From: Asterias rubens
Lineage: Eukaryota
Direction of reading: 5' to 3'
Assembly (NCBI RefSeq): GCF_902459465.1
Contig: NC_047063.1
Span: forward strand, 15,934,001 to 15,998,000
Length of the DNA stretch: 64,000 bases
In this document: piece by piece, positions 12,073-34,679 of the stretch
Numbering within the stretch: the first letter of the stretch is position 1
How the letters are laid out: each line of letters starts with the position of its first letter
Notes under the pieces: model-generated
Told to the model about the DNA's origin: nothing
Seen by the model: only the letters and a program-made list of their open reading frames with translations
Database searches by the model: none
Translations under genes and position numbers: made by a program

Positions 12073-13098
12073 TCAGTTTTCAGACACGGTGCTTAGCCCG
12101 GGCTTAACCAACGATGACATGGCTTGCTGTTTGGGTGATCTACCACCAACCAGGCTTCGGCTAACCTGCACCGGGGGAAGCTTCAACGTTGCAGACGGCA
12201 GCTGGGCGACCTTTCTCCCCTCGGTCGTACTCTCCTCCGGAATCTCGTAATTCGGGTTTGAAGACGCACCAGTCGAGTTCCCGATTTCAAGATTATCAAG
12301 TTCTACTTGGAGTTCTGGGCCAATCTCTGAGCGGAATTTGACTATATCGAATGGAGGTGGTGATAGTAGTCCTTGGGTTACATCCGGAGCTCCTAGGTTG
12401 CTAGGGAGAGCTATATCTTCCATGAAGCAACTGTCGTCATCGTCAGAGCTCTCAATAAAAGACGGCATTCTCGCCATGCTGAGTCGTCTGCCAACTTCGT
12501 GGTAATTGTCTGGCGGGGCCGAGCCCATGTTCTTACCGTTGTCCATAGCGATTACACTCTGCCTCCTTGCCGGTTTCAGCATGGTGGAAGCATGTTCTTT
12601 CCTGCTGTTAAATGACTCCATACATTCCTTCTGGGTTTTCGTCTCATTGCGAACCGAGTACATGTACCTCCCTTTCGCGGCGAATTTAGAGAGACCCTTT
12701 TTGTCTGTGTGGGTTTCCGTGGATACTTCCGTTACCGAATGATGACGTAGTGCTCGCCTTGATGCTTCCATTTCATACAGCTCCTGCCTGAGCTGATGCT
12801 GATACCGTGAAATGTTATTCGCTGCCCGCTTCTGGAGTTTGTCCATCTGCTTCTCGGTGTTGTTTAACCGGTTCTTCTCGGCAGCGTTGATGATGCCGTT
12901 TCGGTGCCGTGTGTGAGCGCTGTGACGCCGTATGTTCTCCAGACGTTTCCTGGCGAGGATGTCACCGGCATCGTGCTTTCGTTCCTTTCCCTTCGTCTTC
13001 GTCTTGTCCTGCTCTGCTGCTGTTCGTCCACGGATATCTAGCGGGAGTTTGGGGGTAGACTGCTGAGTAACAAACGGAGCTGCAAGGAGCGTAGACAT
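12073..13098 (-). CDS. Uncharacterised 341-aa protein with an N-terminal coiled coil (tentatively CCDC190-like) and a disordered C-terminus
   Basis: 1026-bp ORF that is GC-richer than its flanks. Heptad-like segment NAAEKNRL...RYQHQLRQELYEMEA. The ATG directly follows a branch-point/acceptor-like GACTAACTGAAG, so an upstream exon is likely. The family label is pattern recall, not a search result. Confidence 0.8.
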   Translation of the reverse strand: MSTLLAAPFVTQQSTPKLPLDIRGRTAAEQDKTKTKGKERKHDAGDILARKRLENIRRHSAHTRHRNGIINAAEKNRLNNTEKQMDKLQKRAANNISRYQHQLRQELYEMEASRRALRHHSVTEVSTETHTDKKGLSKFAAKGRYMYSVRNETKTQKECMESFNSRKEHASTMLKPARRQSVIAMDNGKNMGSAPPDNYHEVGRRLSMARMPSFIESSDDDDSCFMEDIALPSNLGAPDVTQGLLSPPPFDIVKFRSEIGPELQVELDNLEIGNSTGASSNPNYEIPEESTTEGRKVAQLPSATLKLPPVQVSRSLVGGRSPKQQAMSSLVKPGLSTVSEN

Positions 13099-14846
13099 CT
13101 TCAGTTAGTCAAGTTTATCAATCTCAGAGAAAGACTGATGTGTACATGAGATATTAAACTGTGATGATTTGGTGCTGCTCAAGAGTGAGCATTTTCTTCA
13201 AATTGTCAAACTTAATTTCTTTTTTCAAAGACGGTAAGTGGAGCCCCATTTTGTTCAGATTGTCGAGCTCAATGAAGGTTCTCATTTATCAAGAAAAGTT
13301 CAAACCAGTGGTCCGGTACAGTATCCAAGACATTTTAGTATGCTATACAGACAACAGTTTCTAAAAATGAAATATCACTTCAAAAGAAAAGTTTGTGATC
13401 CCAGCTCTGCATATAACGGTCTCTCCTGTGCCAGTTATATTCCGCAATTAAAAGTTCGCCTACTCAAGACGAACGGGGCAACTGCATCAACCTTTGTTGA
13501 CATCCTATAGATACCGTCAAAGGAGATAATCCCATAATCCAAAATAGATTTTTAATCTCACAGCAGGGAAGGTACCAAGGACCCGAAGGACCCAAATTGG
13601 CATATGAGGGCTTGCCGATCGATACCGGAAAATGAGAGGCTCAATCCTGCCGTGAATGCGGGAGGCACGGGCCCGTTGGTTAGACTTAGTAACAAGAGGG
13701 TAGATTAATGACAGATCAGTCGGGCTAATTAGTTGCCCTTTTCGTGGTCCACATACGTCATTGTAAACAATGTACTTATATTTCAAATACAAGACCTGTA
13801 AAGAGTTGCTCAATAATTATCTGTTTTTTTATTTTGGTGTCTTTGTAACCAAAAGTGTGCCCATGGTTGTGGCTGTTCACCTAAAATAGCTTCCAATGTT
13901 TTGTTAACGTTTTGCAACTATTTTCTGTGTGGTGAATTGGGCAAAAGGTAAACATTATAGAGAAATTTCACTGGCAAACAAAAGTAAAAGTTGTTATTAT
14001 TCAAGAGTCAGGGCATCACGGACACCAGCTAAACAGCAATCATACGATCATACACACAACTACAATTCTTTCCTCGAACACACAGCAGCCCTTATCGACA
14101 TTAAGAAAAGGGGCCGTTAAGAAAAGTAAGGATGTATTTCTTCCATGAATTCACCATTATTATTATTCCAATTAGGTTATTACAATAAAGGTACTTAGTT
14201 GTAGCCTTCACATTTGTTTTGCCCGAAGGCAATACCTATATGAGTGTGACGCTACCAAGGGAATGTCATCTCACTCTGAATTCACGGAAAATTTAGATAG
14301 AGAGAGTCCACAATAAAAATCGAAGAAAAAAAGGTGTGTAAACTCACACATACGACTTTCACAACATCCATAAGTTCTTTTTTATACGCAATTCTATAAA
14401 CGCCCCATTGATCGTACCGTCCAGAATTAGGGCATCAATGTTTGTGTATCGAAGTGTTCTCTAAGCGGCTTTTCACTTCAAGCTGTGACAGACTCACAAT
14501 TGAGTTCAGAGGAGTTTCCAAACTTAAGTTACAATCCTCTTATGGGATTTGTCACTTCGGACCAATTCAACCAGATGATCATAATGACAATTGCTAAAGT
14601 AAAAACAACTCAGAAATGCACCACTTTCCTATGGCATAGGCTTATAACCTGTGACTTAACACTTTTCTTGAATGAAGGACTTCCTTTTCTGACTGTATAG
14701 AAAAGGGCAAGAAAACATCTTCTAATAGATGTAAAATTTGCGTCGGGGATAAAGAATATTATCTGGTGTTTAGAATAATGTGTGTAGCCTAAGCACAGTA
14801 TACTCATTATTTTCCTGAGTTTTGTGGACAAAAATTACAGGAATTT

Positions 14847-14928
14847 ATAACTCGAGATGGATTTGAACCCTCAACCTCTGCCAATCTAGAGCAGATGCAT
14901 TACCAACTAGACCACCGAGATCGCGCGC
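14847..14928 (-). mobile_element. tRNA-like SINE head (not a functional tRNA)
   Basis: A-box TGGTCTAGTTGG and B-box GGTTCAAATCC on the - strand; no convincing acceptor or anticodon stem. Confidence 0.5.
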
Positions 14929-16105
14929 CATCAAGACGCAGTTCGAATCCTCTTAGATGCCCTTCTTGTTGTGTTTCAAATATAGCAAGACACCCTTTGA
15001 CTACAAATTCAGTCAAGATATACTCTAGATGAGCGAGGCCTTACTGGTAGACGCAACTTTGTCTGTCTATTTGTTCCATCATCAACTTAAAATTATAAGT
15101 GGGCCCAACGCCCAACATTTTGAAAGTGTTCAATCTTGAGAGTTGCCAAGAACCCACCAGTGCGCCTCACACCCTCGAGCTTGACTATACTGCATGGTAT
15201 CCTACGACGACTTTATATATTCACGAACATTGAACAACTAGAAGCTTACAGAGATTGACTGTATCATTGATGTTGTCAAAAACCATACAATACATCAGCG
15301 GTAACTACACTGCAAAACAACTGGGGTGTCAAGTTAACACCATGGACGTTACCACGTTATAAGATACTGAAGCGAGAATCAGAAGTAACACCTCCCTCAG
15401 CGTATTACAAAACATTGATTTCTGAAATGTGTTTACATTGGTGATACAGCAGCACCGTATAAAAGAAGTTAATTTGATTCCGTCTTCAGTAGTTAATTTG
15501 ATAACACCCATGGTTTCATAATTTACACCCCAGTTTTTGCAGGTGACTAATGGCTCTAACATAACACCACGCCCACAAGTTGAAACATCATTCACTTTAG
15601 ATTAGTTACTATTCGCAATATTCGTCACTATTTCTACAGCTCACACAGTGTATACAAATTATTGATCAAATAGTGAAAAACAGGGCCAAGCGATTCAAGA
15701 AAGTAGGTTGAGTACACACATGCATGAGTGCACAGTGTACGAGTGCCGCATAAGCACTCGCAAGGCGGTGTTCTTGACTTTGTATAATATCCGATTGCAA
15801 CCTTTAACCAGATTGGAGCTCGCAATTAATTTCATTAAAATTGCAGCAAAGTGCGTATAAATAACGCAGTGGGGTAATGATGTTTGTGGTGTCCGATAAC
15901 CTGAATAATTAACAGGGTACTTGGGGGTGTCAATCGGCCAGTGAAAGAGGGGGGCTGAATGAGACTTAGCTTGGCAGCCGGTAGGCAATCGACCGGCTCA
16001 TCGTGGGTTCGATCGATGGTGGTGGGTAGCCATAAGAGAGTTGTATTTAGGTCTCAAGGTTGGTTATAATCTCTTATGGCTGGGGAAGTGACTGCAGGTA
16101 GAAGC

Positions 16106-16530
16106 TTAAAGGCACTGGACACGTTTTGTTCAAAGACCAGTATTCTCACTTGGTGCATCCCAACATATGCACAACATAACAAACAACAGGTTCATATTTA
16201 TCAATATAAACCACAAGGTTCATATTTAACTACAATTCATATTTTACTACAATTTGAACATTTTTGGCTCAATTGGTCATCGAAGTTGCTAGAGAATAAT
16301 GAAAGAAAATATACCCTTGTTGCATTACCTTGGTGTGCTTTCAGATGTATTAAAGGCTTGAGGTTGTATATTATTATTTGAGCGACAATTACCTCTTTCT
16401 AAAACAAACTTCATTACTTTAGAGGGAGCCGTTTTTTACAATGTTTTATACTATCGACAGCTCTCCATTGCTTGTTACCAAGTAAGTTTTTATGCTAACA
16501 ATTTATTGTTTTGAGTAATTAGGAATAGTT
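16106..16530 (+). mobile_element. Family A MITE, diverged
   Basis: TTAAAGGCACTGGACAC start, internal consensus, right TIR decayed. Confidence 0.75.
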
Positions 16531-17068
16531 CCTCGCAGTTATAAAGGCACTGGACCGTTAACTGTGAGGAAGTAGAGCATAAACCTATAAGACCGTATCT
16601 GAATTGTCGGCTACGGCTACGGCTTCGTTGCATATAGGGGCGTTGCTAAGTCGTAGCCGTAGCTGCAGCCGCCAGATCAAAAATAGTATGTTCATTAGCT
16701 GTTCCGACCTTATGTCGGAAAAACTGTTTCAGCTACTCTTTTCTTCTTGGCCAGCAGGAAGTGGGATAAAAAATAAAATAATAATTGACTGCTTCGTTCC
16801 TTTTTAGAATCTAAACCAAGGTAAAAAAAATTGTTCCTGAACAATATTTTAGTCACCGACGTCAAAAAGATGACAGCACTTCTCATTCTCAGCGTTGAAT
16901 GTTCGGCAAAAACAAAAATGGAAGAAAGCAACGCCACCTTCAAGCTCTACACATCAACGAAATATGTACAGGGCGATGAAACTAGTGTTGTGACGCCACG
17001 ATGACGCCATCAGCATGACAATCTGTCCGCTGGGTATTCTGTCCCCGTCCCCCATGGGAAATTAACTA

Positions 17069-17367
17069 GCAGTGTCATGGCCGAACGGTTAAGAGCACTG
17101 GATTCAAGCTCTGGTGTTTGATCAGCAGGGTGTGGGTTCGGATCCCAGTCGCGACACTTGCTACATAAAATTGGGGAGGTAGTGCTTTCTGCTCTACCGG
17201 CCAGGCTTCGAATTGATGATACCCAAGCCTAACATTCGTATGGACTGTGAAAGGGGTAACCCTGTTTCAGCCCAAGGAGTAGGTGGCAACGCCCACACCT
17301 TGAAGTGGCCTTCAGGCCTTGTGTGTCAGGCGACTTGCATAAAATAAAAAAAAAAATAAAAAAAAAC
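17069..17367 (+). mobile_element. tRNA-derived SINE with poly(A) tail
   Basis: A-box TGGCCGAACGG, B-box GGTTCGGATCC, body, A-rich tail at 17341-17367. The head is shared with the - strand copy near 52190-52560. Confidence 0.75.
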
Positions 17368-17529
17368 ATGGTCCGAAGAGTGATTCAAAAAGAGGGCGCT
17401 ATCAGAAAAAGTTTGTGCCACAGACATAAAGAACACTTTATATCTGTGGTTGGTACACAGTTTGCCAGGGGTGTGGCAGAATCTCCTGCCGCACCGGTGC
17501 TACAATACAAATTTACATTTTTGTTTGGT

Positions 17530-17872
17530 TTAAAGACACTGGACTCTGTTGGTAATCACTCAAAATAATTGTTGCATAAAAACTTACTTGGTAACAAGCG
17601 GCCACCTAGCGTATAATAAAATTGTGAGAAACGGCGTCCACTGAAGTAACGTAGTTTTCGAGAAAGAAGTAATTTTCCACGAGTTTGATTTCGAGACCTC
17701 AGAATTAGATTTTGAGGTCCCGAAATCAAGCATCTGAAAGCACACTTCAACGTCGTGTGACAAGGGTGTTTTTTCTTTCATTGTTATCTCGCAACTTCGA
17801 CGATTATTTTGTGCATATCATGTTGAGATGCACCAAGTGAGAAAACTCGTCTTTGACATACCAAAGTGTCTT
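17530..17872 (-). mobile_element. Family A MITE
   Basis: TTAAAGACACTGGAC start and internal consensus. Confidence 0.8.
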
Positions 17873-19223
17873 CGACAGTCACCAAGGGGTTCAGACCTTT
17901 AAGTCCTATAAAATGTTTAAGAAACAGTCATGTACACTTAACAGTATAGTGAGAGTTCCTCTTGTATGGATGACCTTAAAACGCAATTGTTTACGAGAGT
18001 GGACATTTTTAGGGAGCGCGGCAAGAGATTTGACTACGGTAATGTACTTTGTAAACAGTTTGTATTTCCAATACAACACTTTGGTATTTTAGATGTTAGT
18101 TTTTTACGGACAACAGTCAATCATTCTATTCAAAAAGTGTCCTTCAAATTGGGGATAAGTTGCCGAATGTCTAAGCTTTAAAAGGACACTTGTCTCGGAC
18201 CCAGGGCTTCTTAAAACCACAAGCAAACATCTCTTACTCGGCAATGTCAATGAAACACTCAAAGAGACAATGAACGCTCAAACAGGCCATGAGAGTTTGG
18301 CAAAATTGCTACAATTAAAGAAGGGGAAATATCCTATCCTAATATACAAGGATCAAACAAAACAAACGAATTTAACGGTAACGTTTATTTGTTAATGGAT
18401 AAACGGGTAAATGAATCAACAAGTGTTTCTTCCTATATAGCCTTTTTAGGACATGCTATTCCTCGGATCATATAAAACAATGCGGAAAGTTGAAAACCAG
18501 GCTATGATAGTAGAGCTGTTTAGCTGAAAAGAAGATGGGAATGAAATGATTGTCCGGTGTGATATTTAGAAAATGACTGTGGGAGGTGACTCTGGCAACG
18601 ATATGGTGAGTTGGTTGAAGATGTAAACAGTCCACGTAGACATTTCAACGGCTGAGACAACCTTAAGATATGCTCCAAGAAGATGGGTTGGTGACACACT
18701 GGATGTAATACAGAAGCATTTAAGATGAATCTACATTTAAGAATAAAACTCAAGCATGCGGTACCAGGAGCTCTGGTTCAATTAAAGACCGAATGGTGAT
18801 CTGTAAATTTGTTTCCTTGTGTTGAGATCATAAAGCATCGAGGACTCACTAAAACTAAGCATCAACATCATGAAAACACACCTTGGCTATGATTGGAGCG
18901 TCAAATCTCAAAACTGAAGTAACTATACTCATGATAAGACATCGCGGTTGTATATAAACCAGTGATATAGGAACAACTACTCTTGACTGACAATTTTCAA
19001 TTCCTTTCTGGACATTACAACATAAGCCAAAGGTTATTCATGTTTGTGAAATGAAACATGATGCAGACGAGGCATTTTAAAGGCAGCTTGGACAAGACGC
19101 AACAATCCTTCTTAGGATGAGTCTCAACATGAAAACTTAGGCCTAGTCGACAATAGTACCTTTAATGTTAGTTTATACCAACTGACCAACCAACTCCTGA
19201 TTTGAAAAAGTCATTTATTCATC

Positions 19224-20744
19224 ATGTTCCAAGACATCGACCCCTACTCTACAGAATACTACGCCGTGACAGACGCCCGTACCTGCCAGCTGAACAGCAC
19301 GGAGAAAGCCAAGCTACAGCTCGTACTACGGCACATCGAGAGAGCTTACAAGCTCACTGAGAGTAGGGTAGACCGATACAAGCAACAACTTCGACGGGAC
19401 TTGATCGACTTGGAAGCCCATAAGATGGCAATGAGGTCACATGCTCTGGGATTTAAGCAACTGCAGCAGTTGGATGATGCTTCACAACGAGAGATGCTCA
19501 AGGTATAATATGACAAAGCCAACCAATTTAAATTCTTCCTTATAACGTTCTTTTTATTAAACACAACTTGCACTAAACTCAAACCTCTTTATCATCTTTT
19601 CTCTGAGCTATTTTTTAATCAACAACAATTAGCTCACAACTCTAAGGGCCTTGCCACACGAGGTAACCTCTACTGGGACAGGACCACTTTGGTATAGCAC
19701 AGGAGTATTTTTTTCCAAATAATGTCTTACGATCCCTAAGAAAAATATGATAGAAATGAATGTTTTTTCTTTTTGGAGATTGCCTGGAACTGGTTGCCCG
19801 TAAATTGCCCCCGTTGACATTGCCCCGTGTGATATGGCGTTTAGAGCTATCCAAAACTACATGAATGTTGAATGTATCTGCCCACCCCACAGGGGGTAGG
19901 GCCTTCACGTGGCGACTCTTACATTAATCTACCGACACTACTAAGAAGTGGGTGTACGCCAAACACGGGACAAAGAGAGAAACCACAACAAATGAGTTTA
20001 ACAATAATGATAACGTTTTCAACCAAATAAGATTTCATCGTTAATTTTCATAAACAATACAAATTCCTAAACAGTCCCGAGTACATGCCGAAACAAATCA
20101 TGCTTGTTACATACCATTTAGTTTTATCAAGTTTAGCACGTCATGCGCACCAAAGCTTTGGAATATTCTCCTTATCAGGGAAAACCCAATCAATCGTGCC
20201 CAAGGTGGGATTCGAACAGGGTCCTAGAGAATAACTAGACTCAACTCAAGTCCCAATCCTGTGCCATCGCCAGAAAACTACTGTTTTGTGATGCTCGGCA
20301 TTCCCCAACCTGCTCCGCAAGCTGCTATACGGCTTGTTTGCCAGTTGGCACAACTATGCTTAGGGACCTCTCACACGAGAACGGGACTTGAATCAATTAG
20401 TATAGAAAATAACGGCCACCCTGAACACCCATTATGATTTGAACCCATCAATTTACTTATCAATATCATTTCTTTCCTTACTCAAGGTGGTCTCACAACG
20501 TGGTAGATACAACTACTCCTTAAAGAGTGAGGTCAAGTTTCAACGTGAACTGATGTTCACATACAATGCCCGACTAGAACACTCCAAGAAGCTCCTAGAG
20601 GCTTCCAAGAAACAGAGTCAAGAAGCTATGGCCAAGGGAGATCTCGTCTGTAGTCAGTTCACTCGAGTGGACGACTTAGAGAAGTCAGAGGATAGGGGTC
20701 AAGGGTCAGATACGCCATCCTGTTTGATATTTCCAAGTATGTGA
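19224..20744 (+). CDS. Two-exon coiled-coil protein (about 178 aa), paralog of the 12073-13098 gene
   Basis: Exon 1 is 19224-19502 (93 codons, ends EMLK, then GTATAA). Exon 2 is 20487-20744 after a pyrimidine tract plus AAG, phase 0 (VVSQRGRYNY...FPSM*). A GTGAGT at 20741 could instead splice to an unidentified downstream exon. Confidence 0.72.
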
Positions 20745-22124
20745 GTTTCTACATGCAATACCATCATCACAGGTGAAGACGAAGTTGGAGCCATGTGTCA
20801 TTAACTGCCACGCTGATATCACTGTGAGAGGAACATAAAGGAGTTGCTTTGGAGATTCACCTGCAAAGACACTAGAGGCTGCAACCTTTTTGAAAACCTT
20901 TCTACAACTGTACAGCTTTCAGATAACCTGAGAATGGTTGGTATTGGCTTGGATCAGCTTTACCTAGCCACACAAACAACTGAAAAAACAATAAGATGGT
21001 CAAGAGCAATGCCCATGCTATGATTGCGTATTGAAGACGTCACCATTGTGACAAACGTATCTCAAATGAAGGTGATAAAAAACATACCTCATGACAAACA
21101 ATTCATAAATACCCCAGACAGTTTCTCTACTCCTATTGGTGGAGAGCGCGTGGGGGTGTTTAAACGGTTGATAATGACCAGTGTTTATGACCGGCTTGCT
21201 TCCGCATGTCAGGCGCGCAAGATTATCACGCGGAACGCAATTCATAGCTATTAGTAACAGCACTCAATCTATTTCTAAGCGCACCCGCGTAATCTGTTTC
21301 TAAGCGCACTGGCGTAAACACAACCCACGCACAACAGACTCTTCACAAAGTTTGTGAAAAATATATTTCAAACCTTTATCACACGGCAATTCGACCCTGC
21401 CGGCTTTAAACGGCCGTGTAAGAACTCGTCGCTACCCTTTTATTCCCTTACTTAGTCCCTTTCACATTGCAATCAAGACACCATCTCCCCTAAAGTACCG
21501 GCATTGCGTTGACTTTTTGTGTTCTAGCAAGTTTGCTTTGGGCTAGTAATACTTTTCATATTTGTTAGTTTCAAAACCCCTTGACCAATTCTGTAAGGCA
21601 AATTTGGTGACAATAATGCAAATAAATGTGTGTGTAAAGTAGATTATTTTGTTCAACTGAGGATTGTGTGCTGGTCACATCAATCATAGGTTTAAACTTT
21701 TGCTGTGCTGTAGGATTTATTTGGGTGCAGTTGTTTCGTTTAAACAATCAAATTGTTTTCAATGAACGCTGATTGAAGTATGTTATGAGTTTGTTTCGCA
21801 TTCATATGGCAAAATAATCAGAAACCAGACTTAAGTCGGACAAATATCATACCTGATTTAAGTCATTTCACATAAAAAAATATATGACAAAATAACGACA
21901 ACATTAAAAATTATCTCATTACACAAACAGTTTATTTTGAAGCTTATCTTTTAGTTTTGGTATAAACGTTTCACACAGACTGGATTTTGACAGTGACATT
22001 GATATGCATATTCTGTTAACTTAAACATGACGACACGTTTCTACACTTTGTTTACTTCTCTGAAAACTCCAAGGTGATTGAGTTGAACAGGCATGAAAAG
22101 TGGTCAGTGGGAAAAAAACAGGGC

Positions 22125-22495
22125 CTGAACTTTGGAACGCTAGATGGCCGCAGACTTACCAGGTAAATTGCCATTCAACATAACTTAGAACAATGGACCG
22201 TTCTTTTGCAACGTCACAGCCCGAGGTTTTGCCAACCCAGGTTGGAAAAGTATGGAAAGCCATAAATGCAAATCAAAAACAGATCACTACTGTCTGTAAG
22301 AATGATGAAAAAATATTCAAACATTGTTAAAAACAACGCAACGAATTATGGGAGGTATTTTATTTAGGTGAAAGTTTGCAGAAATCATGAGTTTGGTTAA
22401 AACGTCTGTTAATACGATGGGTGTTTTACAAACATTCCGCCGTCTATGGGTTTACCTGGGAAATCTGCTGCCACCTAGCACCCAAATGTCCCCCA
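22125..22495. mobile_element. Family D TIR element (TAGRTGGCAGCAGACTTACC arms)
   Basis: CGCTAGATGGCCGCAGACTTACCAGGTAAA versus TTTACCTGGGAAATCTGCTGCCACCTAGCA; same arms as 51263-51404. Confidence 0.65.
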
Positions 22496-23013
22496 TTTAT
22501 TGAGTACAAGGGCTAACCTACATAAACATACTTGTGTATAGCTTTGATGAAGCTCTAAAATAGAGCTTTCAGAAACAAATTCTCTGGTTTTTACAAAGGC
22601 AAAATATTTTTTTTTTTTTTTTAAATGGCGAATTATGACAAAATATCATGCCTGGTTTAACCAACCTTGATATGTAGGATTTGAAACTTTGCATAGTGAA
22701 GATACAATCCAGTGGGGTTTACAGAGAAACCATTGGTTCTTTTCTCAGAACCTCCACCGCTAATGAGCGACTTGGTATCTCCGCAAACCTCACCTGATTA
22801 ACCACTCCTCCAAGAGAGACAACTTCTGCAGACCGGGTCTGTAAACAAAAACAAGATGATTCTCTTGAAAATTATTGTTCTCATATGTCTTCTGTACTTT
22901 AAGTTCCACAAAATGCAACTTACTCATTAAAAATGTATTATTACAATACTTACAATTAATGTGCTCTATTTATATTTTCAGAACAAAATATATTGGATTG
23001 CTTTTCCCCTTGA

Positions 23014-23389
23014 TTAAAGGCACTGGAGACCTTTGGTAAATTGTCAAAAACCAGTCTTCTCACTTTATGCATACAAAAACAAACGTGTCAAATTTTGAGC
23101 TCAATCGGTGTTGTCGAAGTTGCGAGAAAATAATGAAAGAAAAGCACCCTTGTCGCACAAGTTGTGTGCTTTCAGACGTTTTGAATTCGAGACCTCAGCT
23201 GACGTCTCAAATTCAATTCAAATATTTTAGTGAGAAAATTGTTTTTCTCAAAAACACGATACTTCAGAGGGAGCCATTTCTCACAATGTTTTATACTATC
23301 AACAGCTCTCCATCCATTGCTCGTTACCAAGTATGTTTTTATGCTAACAGTTATTTTGAGTAATTACCAATAGTGTCTAGTGCCTTTAA
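23014..23389 (+). mobile_element. Family A MITE
   Basis: TTAAAGGCACTGGAGAC ... GTGTCTAGTGCCTTTAA. Confidence 0.9.
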
Positions 23390-23734
23390 GCGCTTTAAAT
23401 GAAAATGTGTGTCATTCTGTGAATTTCTCCTTCCTTCGGTGCTCTTAACCGCTCGACCACGATACTTCCACATGAGTGGCTAGTCTCCATCGGTATCAAT
23501 CAGCCCCAGTAGGTAAACAATTTAAGGCTAGTTAGTCATTGTCATACTGAGAACAAAAATATATCGCAAATCAGATTAAAAACGAAAGAACATTACCGCT
23601 GATAACAAAATATGTAATAAGCGTACAATATTCTCATTTATGAATGCATCAATTTCTCTACCCTTCCTCAAGCCAATACTTTCCATTTGTGTGCATGAGG
23701 GATGTAAACGAGAACCACTAAATACTCACAGATC

Positions 23735-33815
<10,081 letters not shown>

Positions 33816-34263
33816 GGTTCTTGTTTGATTGCCTTCAATGTTTACTACAGATCTTAGTTTCTAATGTTTTAGGCCTATATCCAGTTATCCCATCTCTGTT
33901 TGTCTGGTTGTCTGTTACTGTTAGTCTTGTCACTCACTCAGTTTGTCTTGTGTTTTATATCTCTGCCTGAAATAGAAGGAACATCGTGCAAGTATTAAAT
34001 GTTTATACTATAGTATTAGTAATTAAAACTGCCTGACATAATTATTTAGACCTACGGCAGAGAAGCTTCTTACTTTAGACTATTATATTATGACTAAATA
34101 AAGACAACTCAAAACACAAGACAAACATGTTCTGTATACCTGGTGTGACTAAGCTTTTCAGTGGACAGATAGTCTGCTGAGAGGACAGGCAGAATACACA
34201 CAAAAAAAGCAAGCAACTGCAATGACGAAGGAGACAATAGACCTTTTGCATTGACATCATCCA

Positions 34264-34378
34264 GCCGCCATCTTTGAGCTCAAACGGTGATGAAACAATC
34301 GAAACGCACATAGATTGGCCAATGAAGAACAACCTCCTTTTGACCTCAAGGCGAGGGCGCCGTACTGAAATGACGTCA
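34264..34378 (-). promoter_or_regulatory. Likely PRMT6 core promoter / 5' end
   Basis: YY1-type AAGATGGCGGC (34264-34274, - strand), overlapping ATTGG/CCAAT (34314-34323) and perfect CRE TGACGTCA (34371-34378). A tentative 5'UTR intron 33967-34073 (GTAAG...TTTCAG) lies upstream of the ATG exon. Confidence 0.55.
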
Positions 34379-34407
34379 TGTGCATAAGGTCTATAGATGG
34401 GGGGGGG

Positions 34408-34679
34408 GGATAACTTTCCGTATGGCGCCACCACTTTTTCACTCATTTTTACAAAAAGGGATATATCAATCAGGTAAATAAGTTCCTATATTATTTTAGG
34501 ATAACTTTCCGTATGGCGCCACCACTTTTTCACTCATTTTTACAAAAAGGGATATATCAATCAGGTGAATTAGATACTATATTATTTTATTGCGAATGAA
34601 AAAGTGGTGGCGCCATAAGGAAACTTTTCCTTATTTTATATCGAATGAAAAAGTGGTGGCGCCATACGGAAACTTTTCC
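34408..34679. mobile_element. Nested MITE: a 132-bp element (34499-34630) inserted into another copy of the same family; GG termini and 8-bp TSD (Merlin-like)
   Basis: TIR of about 37 bp, GGA(T/A)AA(C/G)TTTCC(G/T)TATGGCGCCACCACTTTTTCA. The inner copy is flanked by TTATTTTA at 34491-34498 and 34631-34638. The outer copy is flanked by GATGG(G)n on the left and GATGGGGG at 34680-34687. Confidence 0.85.

Noticed and set aside
13560-13790. GC-rich structured segment with GGCTAA, considered as an HDV-like ribozyme
   Set aside because: I could not build the P1/P2/P3 nested pseudoknot by eye; an RNArobo or Infernal search would be needed.
14847-17160. tRNA-like sequences at 14847-14928 and 17069-17160
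   Set aside because: A and B boxes are present but the cloverleaf is broken; the second runs into a SINE body and poly(A) tail. They are SINE heads, not tRNA genes.
20741-20830. Third exon for the + strand coiled-coil gene via GTGAGT (20741) and CAG (20772)
   Set aside because: The intron would be only 32-36 nt, shorter than any other intron here.
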